From positions 74,132 through 138,131 of the forward strand of contig JBMNNJ010000001.1 of NCBI GenBank assembly GCA_050953885.1: a stretch of 64,000 bases of DNA. Reading direction: 5' to 3'. The stretch comes from Patescibacteria group bacterium (GTDB lineage Bacteria; Patescibacteriota; Microgenomatia; 0-14-0-10-38-17). The translations under genes and the position numbers were made by a program. A model generated the notes under the pieces. That model made no database searches and had not been told where the DNA came from. It was given only the letters and a program-made list of their open reading frames with translations. Shown in pieces: positions 45,894 to 55,416 of the stretch; the first letter of the stretch is position 1; each line of letters starts with the position of its first letter.

Positions 45894-46887
45894 AGAAAAA
45901 GCAAAAATTGCCGTTATTATTTTAAATTGGAATCAAATTGATTTAACGCTGGCATGTTTGAAATCAGTTTTTCAGTCTAGAGCCGATGGACAAATTGAAA
46001 TTGAGGCGATCGTGATTGATAATGGTTCAACAGATAACTCAAAAAAGCGCCTGAAAGAAATTCAAGAGAGAAGAAATTTATCCCGCCAAGGGCGGGGTGA
46101 AATTAGGATTTCGCGAAGCAAATTTCCCAATTTCAAGGTTATTTTTAATAAAGAGAATCTTGGCTTTGCCGGCGGGAATAATGTGGGCATCCGTTATGCG
46201 CTAAAAAAAGGAGCCGATTTTGTTTTTATTTTAAATAACGACACCGAGATTAAAAATGATTGTCTTTTAAATTTATGGCAGACTTTTGAGGAGGAGGAAA
46301 AAATTGGCATTGTTTCTCCCAAAATTTATTATGCCCCGGGGTTTGAGTTTCATAAAAAAAGATACCAAAAAAAAGACTTAGGAAAGGTGATTTGGTATGC
46401 TGGTGGAAAAATTGACTGGGATAATGTTTTAGGCCGCCATTTGGGAGTAGATGAAGTTGACCAAGGTCAGTATGAAAAAAAGGAGGAAAACGAATTTGCC
46501 ACCGGCTGTGCTTTTATGGCCAAAAGAGCGGTGTTTGAGAATGTTGGCCTTTTTGACGAGCGATTTTTTCTTTATCTTGAAGATTTAGATTTTTCTTATC
46601 GAGTTGTCAAAGCTGGTTTTAAGCTTGTTTTTAATCCTCAAGCGATTGTTTGGCATAAAAATGCCGGCTCATCCTCAGCCGGTTCGGCTTTGCAAACCTA
46701 TTATTTTACCCGCAACCGCCTTCTTTTTGCCCAAAAACACGCCCCGTTAAAACTAAAACTTTTGGTTTATCGCCAGGCCTTAGAAAAAATGCGGCAGGGA
46801 AGCAAGATAGAAAAAGAGGCGGGACGGGATTTTTTTAAAAGGCGCTTTGAATTTCAAGAAATTGATAAAATAAAAGGAAATGATTAA
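45886..46887 (+). CDS. GT2 glycosyltransferase (rhamnosyltransferase-like)
   Basis: AVIILNWNQ ... IDNGSTD ... YLEDLDFSYR. Confidence 0.8.
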   Translation: MAKEKAKIAVIILNWNQIDLTLACLKSVFQSRADGQIEIEAIVIDNGSTDNSKKRLKEIQERRNLSRQGRGEIRISRSKFPNFKVIFNKENLGFAGGNNVGIRYALKKGADFVFILNNDTEIKNDCLLNLWQTFEEEEKIGIVSPKIYYAPGFEFHKKRYQKKDLGKVIWYAGGKIDWDNVLGRHLGVDEVDQGQYEKKEENEFATGCAFMAKRAVFENVGLFDERFFLYLEDLDFSYRVVKAGFKLVFNPQAIVWHKNAGSSSAGSALQTYYFTRNRLLFAQKHAPLKLKLLVYRQALEKMRQGSKIEKEAGRDFFKRRFEFQEIDKIKGND

Positions 46888-47653
46888 AAATTCTTTAAAG
46901 ATTTCCGTCAACATTATTGTTCGTAATGAAGAAAAGCGAATTAAGGAGTGTCTTCTTTCGGCGCGTTTGATTGCCGATGAGATTATTTTGGTGGATATGG
47001 AGTCGGACGACAAAACCGTAGAGATTGCCAAAAAATATGCCGATAAAATTTATTCTTATTCCCAAGTAGGCTATGTTGAGCCGGCGCGCAACTTTGGTAT
47101 CAAAAAATGTTCTGGCGATTGGATTTTTATTTTGGATGCCGACGAGCGGATCACTCCCGAGTTGGCAAACGAAATTATGCAAACTTTGCCTCAAACTTCG
47201 GAAAGTGTTGGCGCTTTTGCTATTCCCCGGGCCAATTATAATTTTGGTGTTTGGCTAAAGCATGGCGGTTGGTGGCCGGATTATCAAGTTCGGCTTTTAA
47301 GAAAGAAAAGTTTCGTTGTTTGGCCGGAGGCGATTCATAGTTTTCCGAAATTTAAAGGCGAGCAGAAAAAATTAAATAATCCCTTTAGACATTTGGCTAA
47401 TGAGAATATTGAGGGAATGGTGGAGAAAACTATTAATTATTCTCAAAAAGAAGCAAATCTTATTTTTGCCGGCGGCGAAAAAGTTAGCGCTTTAACTATT
47501 CTTAAAAAAATGCTGGCGGAATTTTTCCGGCGAGGAATTAAGAAGGGGGGCGTTTTGGATAAGACTGCTGGTATTATCCAAAGCCTTTACCAGGCTTTTG
47601 CGGTTATGTGTACTTATATTTTTCTTTGGGAGAAACAGCATGAAAATCAGTAA
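46880..47653 (+). CDS. GT2 glycosyltransferase (GGWWPD subfamily)
   Basis: Paralog of 44961 and 56729. Confidence 0.8.
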   Translation: MIKNSLKISVNIIVRNEEKRIKECLLSARLIADEIILVDMESDDKTVEIAKKYADKIYSYSQVGYVEPARNFGIKKCSGDWIFILDADERITPELANEIMQTLPQTSESVGAFAIPRANYNFGVWLKHGGWWPDYQVRLLRKKSFVVWPEAIHSFPKFKGEQKKLNNPFRHLANENIEGMVEKTINYSQKEANLIFAGGEKVSALTILKKMLAEFFRRGIKKGGVLDKTAGIIQSLYQAFAVMCTYIFLWEKQHENQ

Positions 47654-48323
47654 TTTTTTTCTTCCTTTTGATATTTTTTGTCGGCATAAGACAGTGGCTA
47701 GGTTAATTGGTAATCAGGAGGGAGAAATATTGGATGTGGGTGGAGGTGTGAAGGGGCTAAACCGTTTTGTTAAAAATAAGGTGGTGGTGAGCAATTTAAA
47801 AGAGGGCGATGTTTTGGCTGATGGGCGGGCCCTCCCTTTTGCTGATAATTCTTTTTCCTTGGTTACCAGTATTGATGTGTTAGAACATGTTCCACCTCAG
47901 GATCGAGAAAAATTCGTAAGCGAGCTGAAACGTGTCGCTAAAAAAAGAGTGATTTTATCTTTTCCTTTAGGAACAAAGACTCATATTAGGGCAGAAAAAG
48001 AACTCAAGGATTTTTTAGAAAAAAAGGGGGAAGAGGTTGGCTATCTTGAAGAGCATATTGCCAATGGCTTGCCGACGCTTAAAGAATTAGAAAAAATCTT
48101 AAAAAACCATTCTTTTCAGATTTTCTTTGGGGAAAACTTTAACCTTAATAATTTTTTATTTAAAGTCCAGTTTAGTTTAGGCGAAAAAAGAGTTTTAGGA
48201 AGATTTTATTTTTATTTCCAAAAATTAATTAACTTCTTGCTTAATGTTTTTTATTATCCGTTTTCCCTTTCCAAAAAACCACGCCGCTTTACTAATCGCG
48301 CTTATGTAGTGATTAATAAGTGA
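47640..48323 (+). CDS. class I SAM-dependent methyltransferase
   Basis: ILDVGGG ... DVLEHV motifs. Start at MKISNFF. Confidence 0.7.
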   Translation: MKISNFFLPFDIFCRHKTVARLIGNQEGEILDVGGGVKGLNRFVKNKVVVSNLKEGDVLADGRALPFADNSFSLVTSIDVLEHVPPQDREKFVSELKRVAKKRVILSFPLGTKTHIRAEKELKDFLEKKGEEVGYLEEHIANGLPTLKELEKILKNHSFQIFFGENFNLNNFLFKVQFSLGEKRVLGRFYFYFQKLINFLLNVFYYPFSLSKKPRRFTNRAYVVINK

Positions 48324-48372
48324 TAATCTAATTATTATATATAATATTATTTCAATTCATTAAATAATATCA

Positions 48373-49437
48373 ATGAAAAAGGCCGTTTTTTTTGATCCCT
48401 ATCTTGATACTTTAGGCGGTGGTGAGCGTTATACTTTAACTTTTGCCAGGATACTTTTGGATGAAGGCTGGCAGGTTTCTCTTCTTTGGAAAAAAGACGA
48501 CATTTTGAAAAAAGCCGAAGAAAGATTTAATCTTAACTTAGGGAAAATAGAAATTTTTCCTTTAGAAATTCTTAATAATAGTCTTACTCAAAAATATCAT
48601 TTTTTTAAAGATTATCAGCTTTATTTTCATCTTTCCGACGGTAGTGTTCCCCTGATGTTTGCCCAAAAGAACTTGCTCCATTTTCAGGTGCCTTTTAAGA
48701 AGACAGGAGGAAGGAGTTTTTCTAACCGCTTAAAATTAAAATTGGTTAATGAAGTTGTTTGTAACTCTTTTTTTACCAAAAAAATTATTGACAAGGAATT
48801 TGGGGTAGAAAGTCAGGTGCTTTATCCGCCGGTGGCGGTAGAAGATTTTTATAACCACGAGCAAAAAGAAAAAGTTATTTTAGCTGTCGGCCGCTTTGAA
48901 CAAACGATGCAAGCCAAAAAGCAGGATGTTTTGGTGGAAGTTTTTAAAAAAATGGTCGATAGCGGTTTGAGAGATTGGCAATTGGTGTTGGCAGGAGCTT
49001 CTCTTTCAGAAGAAGGGGAAAATGAATTTCTTGGAAGATTAAAAAAAGAAGCCAATGGTTATCCGGTTTCTTTTATGGTTAATATCCCTTTTCAAGAACT
49101 GAAAAAACTTTATTGGCAGGCGGCTATTTTTTGGCATGCGGCAGGGTTTGGTGTTAATGAGAAAGAAAATCCGGAAAAAGTGGAACACTTTGGGATGACT
49201 ACCATTGAGGCTATCGCCGCCGGCTGTTGGCCTTTAGTTTATGAAGCCGGGGGCCAGCGGGAAATTTTTGCCTCTTTTCCCCAAAAAAATCTTTGTTTAT
49301 GGCATTCTCAAGAAGAACTGGCGGCCAAAACTTTGGCAGTGATTGAAAACCAGCCTTCAAACAAAGAACTAAGTTCTTTAGCTAAAAAATTTTCGGTAGA
49401 AAGTTTTGCCGAAAATGTTAAAAAAATTATCTATTAA
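48373..49437 (+). CDS. GT4 (group 1) glycosyltransferase
   Basis: C-terminal E..GMT.IEA..G.P motif. Confidence 0.8.
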   Translation: MKKAVFFDPYLDTLGGGERYTLTFARILLDEGWQVSLLWKKDDILKKAEERFNLNLGKIEIFPLEILNNSLTQKYHFFKDYQLYFHLSDGSVPLMFAQKNLLHFQVPFKKTGGRSFSNRLKLKLVNEVVCNSFFTKKIIDKEFGVESQVLYPPVAVEDFYNHEQKEKVILAVGRFEQTMQAKKQDVLVEVFKKMVDSGLRDWQLVLAGASLSEEGENEFLGRLKKEANGYPVSFMVNIPFQELKKLYWQAAIFWHAAGFGVNEKENPEKVEHFGMTTIEAIAAGCWPLVYEAGGQREIFASFPQKNLCLWHSQEELAAKTLAVIENQPSNKELSSLAKKFSVESFAENVKKIIY

Positions 49438-49441
49438 ATAA

Positions 49442-50353
49442 ATGAAAAGCGTTTCTATTATTATCCCCAACTGGAACGGCGAACGACAGTTAAAGAAAAA
49501 TTTGCCTTTATTATTTAATGTATTGGCTAAATTTAACGGGGAAAGCGAAATAATTATTATTGATGATCAGTCGGAAGATGGCTCCAGAGGATATCTTAAA
49601 AAGATGCGGAATCAGAAAAAACTTAGGCTTATTTTTAATAATAAGAATCTTGGTTTTGGCGGGAGCGTTAATAGGGGGGTAAGGGCGGCGCGATATGATA
49701 TTGTGTTTTTACTTAACACCGATGTGGAGGCGAAAACGGGTTGTTTTGAGCACATTTTGCCTCATTTTGAAAAAAAAGATGTTTTTGGAGTAGGAGCGAA
49801 TGCCGATTGGTTGGTGGGGCGGGGCCAATTTATTAACGGTTATTTTGATATTTCTTCGCCCATAAAAATAAAAAAAACTTGCCAAGAAGCGCAACCTTCA
49901 TTTTGGGTTTCCGGGGGCCATAGCGCTTTTAGGAAAAATCTTTGGGAAAAATTAGGCGGTCTTGACCCTCTTTACGCGCCCTTTTATTTTGAAGAAACCG
50001 ATCTTTGCTACCGCGCCTGGAAACGAGGCTGGAAAGTGCTTTTGGAGCCCAAGGCGCCGGTTTTACACAAGCACGAGGAAAGCGTGATTCGTCAAAATTT
50101 TTCGCCCCGGCATATTAGTTCTGTTGCCCAAAGAAACCAATTAATTTTTATCTGGAAAAACATCACCGATGAGAATATGTTTGCCGAACATAAAAAGGCC
50201 CTGATAAAGCGATTAGCCAAAAAGCCTTCTTATTTTAAGGTTTTTTTGACGGCGGCAAAAAAATGGCCGGAAATTAAAAGAAAACGAGCGATTGAAGAAA
50301 AAGAGATGGTTTTAACGGATAAAGAAATATTTGATAAATTTAAGATGAGATAG
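49442..50353 (+). CDS. GT2 glycosyltransferase
   Basis: SIIIPNWNG ... IIDDQSEDGS ... FYFEETDLCYR. Confidence 0.8.
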   Translation: MKSVSIIIPNWNGERQLKKNLPLLFNVLAKFNGESEIIIIDDQSEDGSRGYLKKMRNQKKLRLIFNNKNLGFGGSVNRGVRAARYDIVFLLNTDVEAKTGCFEHILPHFEKKDVFGVGANADWLVGRGQFINGYFDISSPIKIKKTCQEAQPSFWVSGGHSAFRKNLWEKLGGLDPLYAPFYFEETDLCYRAWKRGWKVLLEPKAPVLHKHEESVIRQNFSPRHISSVAQRNQLIFIWKNITDENMFAEHKKALIKRLAKKPSYFKVFLTAAKKWPEIKRKRAIEEKEMVLTDKEIFDKFKMR

Positions 50354-50399
50354 AAATAATAAACGGTAATTGTTTTTTATGATGAAAATTAAAGTCAAA

Positions 50400-50710
50400 A
50401 CAATCTAAATGCAAAGCGCGATCCGCCAGCTGGCGGACAGGATCTACCGTTCTTTAGACATTAATAACGATTCTGAATCAAGTTCAGAATGACGCTAATC
50501 GTAACCGTCATCCTGACGAAAGTCAGGATCTTTCCTTGTCATTAACACAGATTCCGGATCAAGTCCGGAATGACGGTTTCCGAGTTCGTCATTCTGACGA
50601 ATTCGCCAGCGGGCGGATTAAACTTTAAAAAGTTTTAACATTTACCATGTAGTTTTGCCATTTGACATTTGCGTTTTGAGATTTGAGTTTGTTTTTCGTG
50701 TCCATTCGTT
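50400..50710. repeat. composite intergenic repeat cluster (palindrome, three hairpin modules, AT-rich element)
   Basis: gatccgccagctggcggacaggatc; gattctgaatcaagttcagaatgacg; catcctgacgaaagtcaggat; gattccggatcaagtccggaatgacgg. Confidence 0.8.
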
Positions 50711-50728
50711 TCTTATTCGTTTTGGTTC

Positions 50729-53323
50729 ATGTCTTTTAGCAATGAAACAATGAAGCAGTCTAAGCCTCTTTTATCAATCATCATCGTTTCCTACAACACC
50801 CGGGAGCTTTTGGAAAAATGCCTTAACTCCGTGGTTAAATCATTAGCCGGCTCTAATCTTAAAAGCAACCAAGAAAAGATCCTGAACCAAGTTCAGGATG
50901 ACGCTAATCGCAACCGTCATCCTGACGATCCGCCAGCTGGCGGACAGGATCTGCCCTTGACCGAAATCATCGTTGTTGATAATAATTCCCGCGACGATTC
51001 GGTAGAAATGCTTCAAAATTTAAAATTGAAACTTGAAAATTCATTGAAAATTCAAAACTTAAAATTGAAAATTATTGTTAATAACGATAATCTTGGCTTT
51101 GCCAAGGCGGTTAATCAGGGAATTAAGAAAAGCCGAGGAGAATACTTGCTTCTTTTGAATTCCGACACGATTGTTCCTCCTCAAACTTTAGAAAAAATGA
51201 TTGAATTTGCCAGAAAGAAAAAAGACGCGGGCATTATTGCCCCCAAACTCTTAGATAAAAATGGAAAAACCTCCCAACCTTCCTGCTACCGTTTGCCGGC
51301 AATTAAGGGAGCCGTTAAAGAATTTTGGTTAGGGGAAAAAGGTGCTTTTGGAAAATATCTTCCCCGTGGCGGCAATCCGGTTAAGCCAGAAGCGGTGGTA
51401 GGGGCGGCGATGCTTATTCCCCGAGCCGTTTATGATGTGGTGGGCGAGTTTGACGAAAAATATTTTATGTATTATGAGGATTTAGACTATTGCCGCCGTG
51501 TTAGAGAAGCGGGATTTGCGGTTTATTATTTACCAACCGCTAAGATTATTCATTATCATGGTCAAAGCGGCCAAAAAGAGCCTCAAAAAGTTAATCGCCA
51601 TCTTATTGAAAGCAGTAAAAAATATCATGGCCGCCTAAAACATTTTTTCTTAAATGCCATCATTCGCCTTGGTCAGGCTAAAAAGTTTTTGCCGCTTATC
51701 CTTTTGGTTTTGGCAATGTTGGTCTGGTCGGTTCATCATTTATATTTTTTAAAACCTGCTTTTCCAAAAACCCATGATGGCCATTTTCACCTTATTCGTT
51801 TAGCTGAATTTGACCGATCTTTCAAAGCAGGTATTATTCCCCCTCGCTGGGCACCGGGTTTGGCCAATGGTTTGGGAGCGCCAGTTTTTAATTATTTTTA
51901 TCCCTTGGTTTATTACCTGGGAGAAGGATTTCATCTTTTGGGCTTTTCTTTTGCTTCCTCTCTTAAATTGGTGGCCGCTCTTTCTTGCTTTGCGGCTTTT
52001 TTCTTTAGCTTTCTTTTCTTTAAACTTTTTTTTGCTACCCTATCAAGTTTCTTGGGGGCAAGTTTAGTGGTTTATGCTCCCTACAGCTTTCTTAATCTTT
52101 TTGTGCGCGGAGAATTTCCAGAAATTTTGGCCCTTTGCCTTTTACCGGCAATTTTCTGGGCCACCACCAAGGCGGTTTTAAATAAAGAAAAAAACCGCCA
52201 TTTTCTTTTAGCCGCTCTTCCTTGGGCGTTGATAATTTTATCCCACAATATTATTGCCCTGCTAGCTACTGTCTGGTTGATAATTTTTTTATTTTTAGTT
52301 TTAATCAGGGATAGAAAAGCCGCTAAAAAAACAATTTTTATTTTTTTGTTATCGCTTGCTTTAAGCGCCTTTTTTTGGATACCGGCATTGGGAGAAATGA
52401 AATATGTTCATCTGGGTTATGATGAAGTTTTTTCCTGGTGGGACCATTTTCCCACTCTTAGGCAGTTAATTTATTCTCCTTGGGGGCATGGTTATTCTTA
52501 TCCGGGACAAAGCGATGAAATGTCTTTTCAAATTGGCTTACCCCATCTTTTTCTTTCCCTATCGGCAGGGATACTTCTTTTAATCCAGCTTTTCAAAGAC
52601 AAGAAAAATTTTTGGAAAAGCTGGAAAAATCTAGCCATTTTTTTCTTTGCCTTTTCTTCTTTTACCTTTATCTTTTTAATGAATCACCGCTCTTCTTTTT
52701 TCTGGCAAACGCTTCCTTTTCTTTCCCGGGTCCAGTTTCCGTGGCGGTTTTTGGGATTTTTAAATTTTTCTCTTTGTTTCTTAATTACTTTTTTCTTAGA
52801 ACAGCTTTTATCTTTTTCAAAAGAAAAAATCGCCTTGCCAGTTATTTTTCTTATTTTTATCGGAACATTTTTTGCTTATTTTGGTTATATCCGGCCGGAA
52901 AGTTATCTTACTCAAGAAGTAATCTTTAATTCAAATGAAGTGCGGGAAACCACTACCAATGCCAATGAAATTTTACCGATTTGGGCGCCAAAAGATAGTT
53001 ATCAAAATATTAATTTAACCAATACAATAGAGTGTAAAGAGTTTTCCTGCGAAACATCAACTGCCTTTAACCAAGAAAAAGAAGTTATTTTCAGAAAATT
53101 TTATTTTCCTTCTTGGCAGGGAAAAATTGATGACTTTCCTTTAAGGCTTTATCCTCAAGAAAAAACAGGCTTGATAGCCGCGCTGGTTCCGGCCGGAAAT
53201 CATCAGGTTAGGATAGAGTGGGGGAAAACTAATCTTGAAAGGGCGGCCGATTATATCAGTCTTGCTTCGCTTGTCTTTTTGTTTTCTTTTATTACGATCT
53301 TTAAAAAGAAAAAATTAACTTGA
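50729..53323 (+). CDS. fusion protein: N-terminal GT2 domain plus C-terminal large GT-C-like polytopic membrane domain (YfhO-like family)
   Basis: LSIIIVSYNTRE ... VVDNNSRDDS ... YYEDLDYCRR, then FPKTHDGHFHLIRL ... IPPRWAP ... GAPVFNYFYPLVYY and C-terminal FYFPSWQG. Confidence 0.8.
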   Translation: MSFSNETMKQSKPLLSIIIVSYNTRELLEKCLNSVVKSLAGSNLKSNQEKILNQVQDDANRNRHPDDPPAGGQDLPLTEIIVVDNNSRDDSVEMLQNLKLKLENSLKIQNLKLKIIVNNDNLGFAKAVNQGIKKSRGEYLLLLNSDTIVPPQTLEKMIEFARKKKDAGIIAPKLLDKNGKTSQPSCYRLPAIKGAVKEFWLGEKGAFGKYLPRGGNPVKPEAVVGAAMLIPRAVYDVVGEFDEKYFMYYEDLDYCRRVREAGFAVYYLPTAKIIHYHGQSGQKEPQKVNRHLIESSKKYHGRLKHFFLNAIIRLGQAKKFLPLILLVLAMLVWSVHHLYFLKPAFPKTHDGHFHLIRLAEFDRSFKAGIIPPRWAPGLANGLGAPVFNYFYPLVYYLGEGFHLLGFSFASSLKLVAALSCFAAFFFSFLFFKLFFATLSSFLGASLVVYAPYSFLNLFVRGEFPEILALCLLPAIFWATTKAVLNKEKNRHFLLAALPWALIILSHNIIALLATVWLIIFLFLVLIRDRKAAKKTIFIFLLSLALSAFFWIPALGEMKYVHLGYDEVFSWWDHFPTLRQLIYSPWGHGYSYPGQSDEMSFQIGLPHLFLSLSAGILLLIQLFKDKKNFWKSWKNLAIFFFAFSSFTFIFLMNHRSSFFWQTLPFLSRVQFPWRFLGFLNFSLCFLITFFLEQLLSFSKEKIALPVIFLIFIGTFFAYFGYIRPESYLTQEVIFNSNEVRETTTNANEILPIWAPKDSYQNINLTNTIECKEFSCETSTAFNQEKEVIFRKFYFPSWQGKIDDFPLRLYPQEKTGLIAALVPAGNHQVRIEWGKTNLERAADYISLASLVFLFSFITIFKKKKLT
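50878..50951 (+). repeat. 74-75 bp hairpin repeat element inserted in-frame inside the GT2 domain of the 50729 gene (encodes KILNQVQDDANRNRHPDDPPAGGQD)
   Basis: Near-identical to intergenic copies at 50468-50545 and 53400-53545: gatcctgaaccaagttcaggatgacgctaatcgcaaccgtcatcctgacgatccgccagctggcggacaggatc. Confidence 0.8.
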
Positions 53324-53369
53324 GTTATATCCAAATCTTTATGGCAAAACGTAATTTTGCCTCTTGGCC

Positions 53370-53620
53370 CCGTATAATTTTGGTACGGGACTTGACGAGT
53401 TCGTCATCCTGACGAAAGTCAGGATCTGCCTTTGGCATTAACACAGATTCCGGATCAAGTCCGGAATGACGGTTTCCGAGTTTGTCGTTCTGACTCCTCT
53501 TACCGTCATTCTGACAATCCGCCAGCTGGCGGACAGGATCTGCCTCTTTCTGACGATAAGGCAGATTATAAGACAGATTCTGAATTAAATTCAGCATGAC
53601 GACCAGGGGATTATTTATGT
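53370..53620. repeat. composite repeat cluster (same modules as 50400-50640)
   Basis: The 90-aa minus-strand ORF here is simply a translation of the repeats. Confidence 0.8.
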
Positions 53621-53717
53621 TATTATTTTTTTAGTTTTTTCTTTGGGAGTAATTTTATTTACCCGAGGATATTGGTGGGGGTAAAAAATATTAATTATCA
53701 GGTGTTATACGCGGTGT

Positions 53718-55400
53718 ATGGCAAAATTGAGAATTTTTAAGAAACCAGTTTTCTGGTTAGTATTGATTTTGGCTTTAGCGGCTTTTTTAAGGTTTTATAA
53801 AATCGACCAGGTGCCACCTTCGTTAAATTGGGACGAGGTGGCCATTGGCTATAATGCCTACTCAATTTTAAAAACCGGCAAGGATGAGTGGGGCGTGCCT
53901 TTTCCTCTTTTAGGTTTTGAGTCGTTTGGAGAATACAAGTTGCCTCTTTTTATTTACGCGACTATCCCTGGAGTGGGAATTTTTGGCTTAAATGAATTGG
54001 GGGTGCGATTTGCACCGGCGCTTTTTGGGGTCGTTGGGGTTTGGGCCGCCTATCTTTTGGCCAAAGAGATGTTTAAAAAAGAAAAAGTTGCCCTTTTAAC
54101 CGCCTTTATTCTTGCCGTTGACATTTGGCATCTTCAAATTACCCGTGTTGCCTTTGAAGCCGGCCTTGCCCAGCTTTTAATCTGCTTTTCCATTCTTTTC
54201 TTGCTTAAATCAGAGAAAAAATGGTTTTTTTTGCCCCTTTCCTTTTTGATGGCCTGCCTTGCCGTTTATACTTATAATTCTTCCCGCACCTTTATTCCTC
54301 TCTTTTTTGCTTTTGCTTTTCTTTTAAGGCCCCGCTTATTTTTAAAAAATAAAAAGGGGCTTTTTTGGGGCGCAGTAATTATTTTGCTTTTTGCTGTTCC
54401 TCTTCTTTTAAATTATCACAAGCCTGTTGTTCAGGGCCGTTATCAATTAATCAGTATTCAAAGCGATCCGGGTTTTATTCTTACCATTAATCAAAAAAGA
54501 GGAGAACTTTTAGAAAAAGGCTGGCCGCCGGCCTTGGCGCGTTTGGTTCATAATAAAGCCACTCATTATGTTTGGAGTTTTTCTAAATATTATTTTCTTC
54601 ACTTTACCCCCTCTTTTCTATTTATTGAAGGCGCCGAGCACACCCAGCAAAGTGTTCCCGGGTTGGGTCAATTTCTTTGGTTTTGGGGGCCATTTTTGCT
54701 TCTGGGAACAATAATTACTCTCAAGAAGGTGATTAGAAAGAAAAGTTTTCCAAGTAAACTCCTTTTTTTACAGATATTGGTCTCGCCGGTAGGCACGGCA
54801 ATGACTATCAACGCCAACCCCCATGCCCTGCGAACTTTTTGTGGTTTACCGGCTTGGCAAATTATTATTGCTATAGGCGTTGGCGAAGCGATCATTCTTC
54901 TTAAAAAAATTAGAAAACCATTACTTCAATATATAATAGGAGTGGGGATGACGATTCTTTTTTTAGCTAACTTTGCCTATTATTTACATCAGTATTATTT
55001 AGTGTATCCCAAAGAATATGCTCACGATTGGCAATATGGTTATAAAGAAGCGGTTTTTTATGTTTGGGAAAACCACGACCAGTATGACAAAGTATTTTTT
55101 GCCCGTGATTATGGGGAACCATATATTTTCTTTCTTTTTTACACAAAATACCCTCCCCAAGCTTATCAGCAAGCCAGCAAAGAACGAGTGGAGCGTTATA
55201 ATTGGGTTTGGGTAGACCGGATTGAAAAATTTTATTTTCCTGACTTTAGCGAACCGGGAAGCTCAGTTTTGGAAATTGCCCGCCGGGAAAAAGAGAGACT
55301 TCTTTTTGTCGGCTTATCCGGTGATTTGCCTCAAGAATGGATAGAAAAAGTGGTCAGGTTTCCAAATGGCAAGGTGGCCTTTGAAATTGGCAAACCTTAA
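53718..55400 (+). CDS. ArnT/PMT-like GT-C membrane glycosyltransferase (paralog of 57486-59225)
   Basis: Conserved N-terminal region FLRFYKIDQVPPSLNWDEVAIGYNAYSI. Confidence 0.65.
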   Translation: MAKLRIFKKPVFWLVLILALAAFLRFYKIDQVPPSLNWDEVAIGYNAYSILKTGKDEWGVPFPLLGFESFGEYKLPLFIYATIPGVGIFGLNELGVRFAPALFGVVGVWAAYLLAKEMFKKEKVALLTAFILAVDIWHLQITRVAFEAGLAQLLICFSILFLLKSEKKWFFLPLSFLMACLAVYTYNSSRTFIPLFFAFAFLLRPRLFLKNKKGLFWGAVIILLFAVPLLLNYHKPVVQGRYQLISIQSDPGFILTINQKRGELLEKGWPPALARLVHNKATHYVWSFSKYYFLHFTPSFLFIEGAEHTQQSVPGLGQFLWFWGPFLLLGTIITLKKVIRKKSFPSKLLFLQILVSPVGTAMTINANPHALRTFCGLPAWQIIIAIGVGEAIILLKKIRKPLLQYIIGVGMTILFLANFAYYLHQYYLVYPKEYAHDWQYGYKEAVFYVWENHDQYDKVFFARDYGEPYIFFLFYTKYPPQAYQQASKERVERYNWVWVDRIEKFYFPDFSEPGSSVLEIARREKERLLFVGLSGDLPQEWIEKVVRFPNGKVAFEIGKP

Positions 55401-55416
55401 TAAAAAAAATTTTAAA

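Noticed and set aside
53325-53597. 90-aa minus-strand ORF
   Set aside because: It lies entirely within the composite repeat cluster. Its peptide (ADPVRQLAD, LDPESVLMPKADPDF) is a direct translation of the ccgccagctggcgg and hairpin modules. Treated as an artefact.
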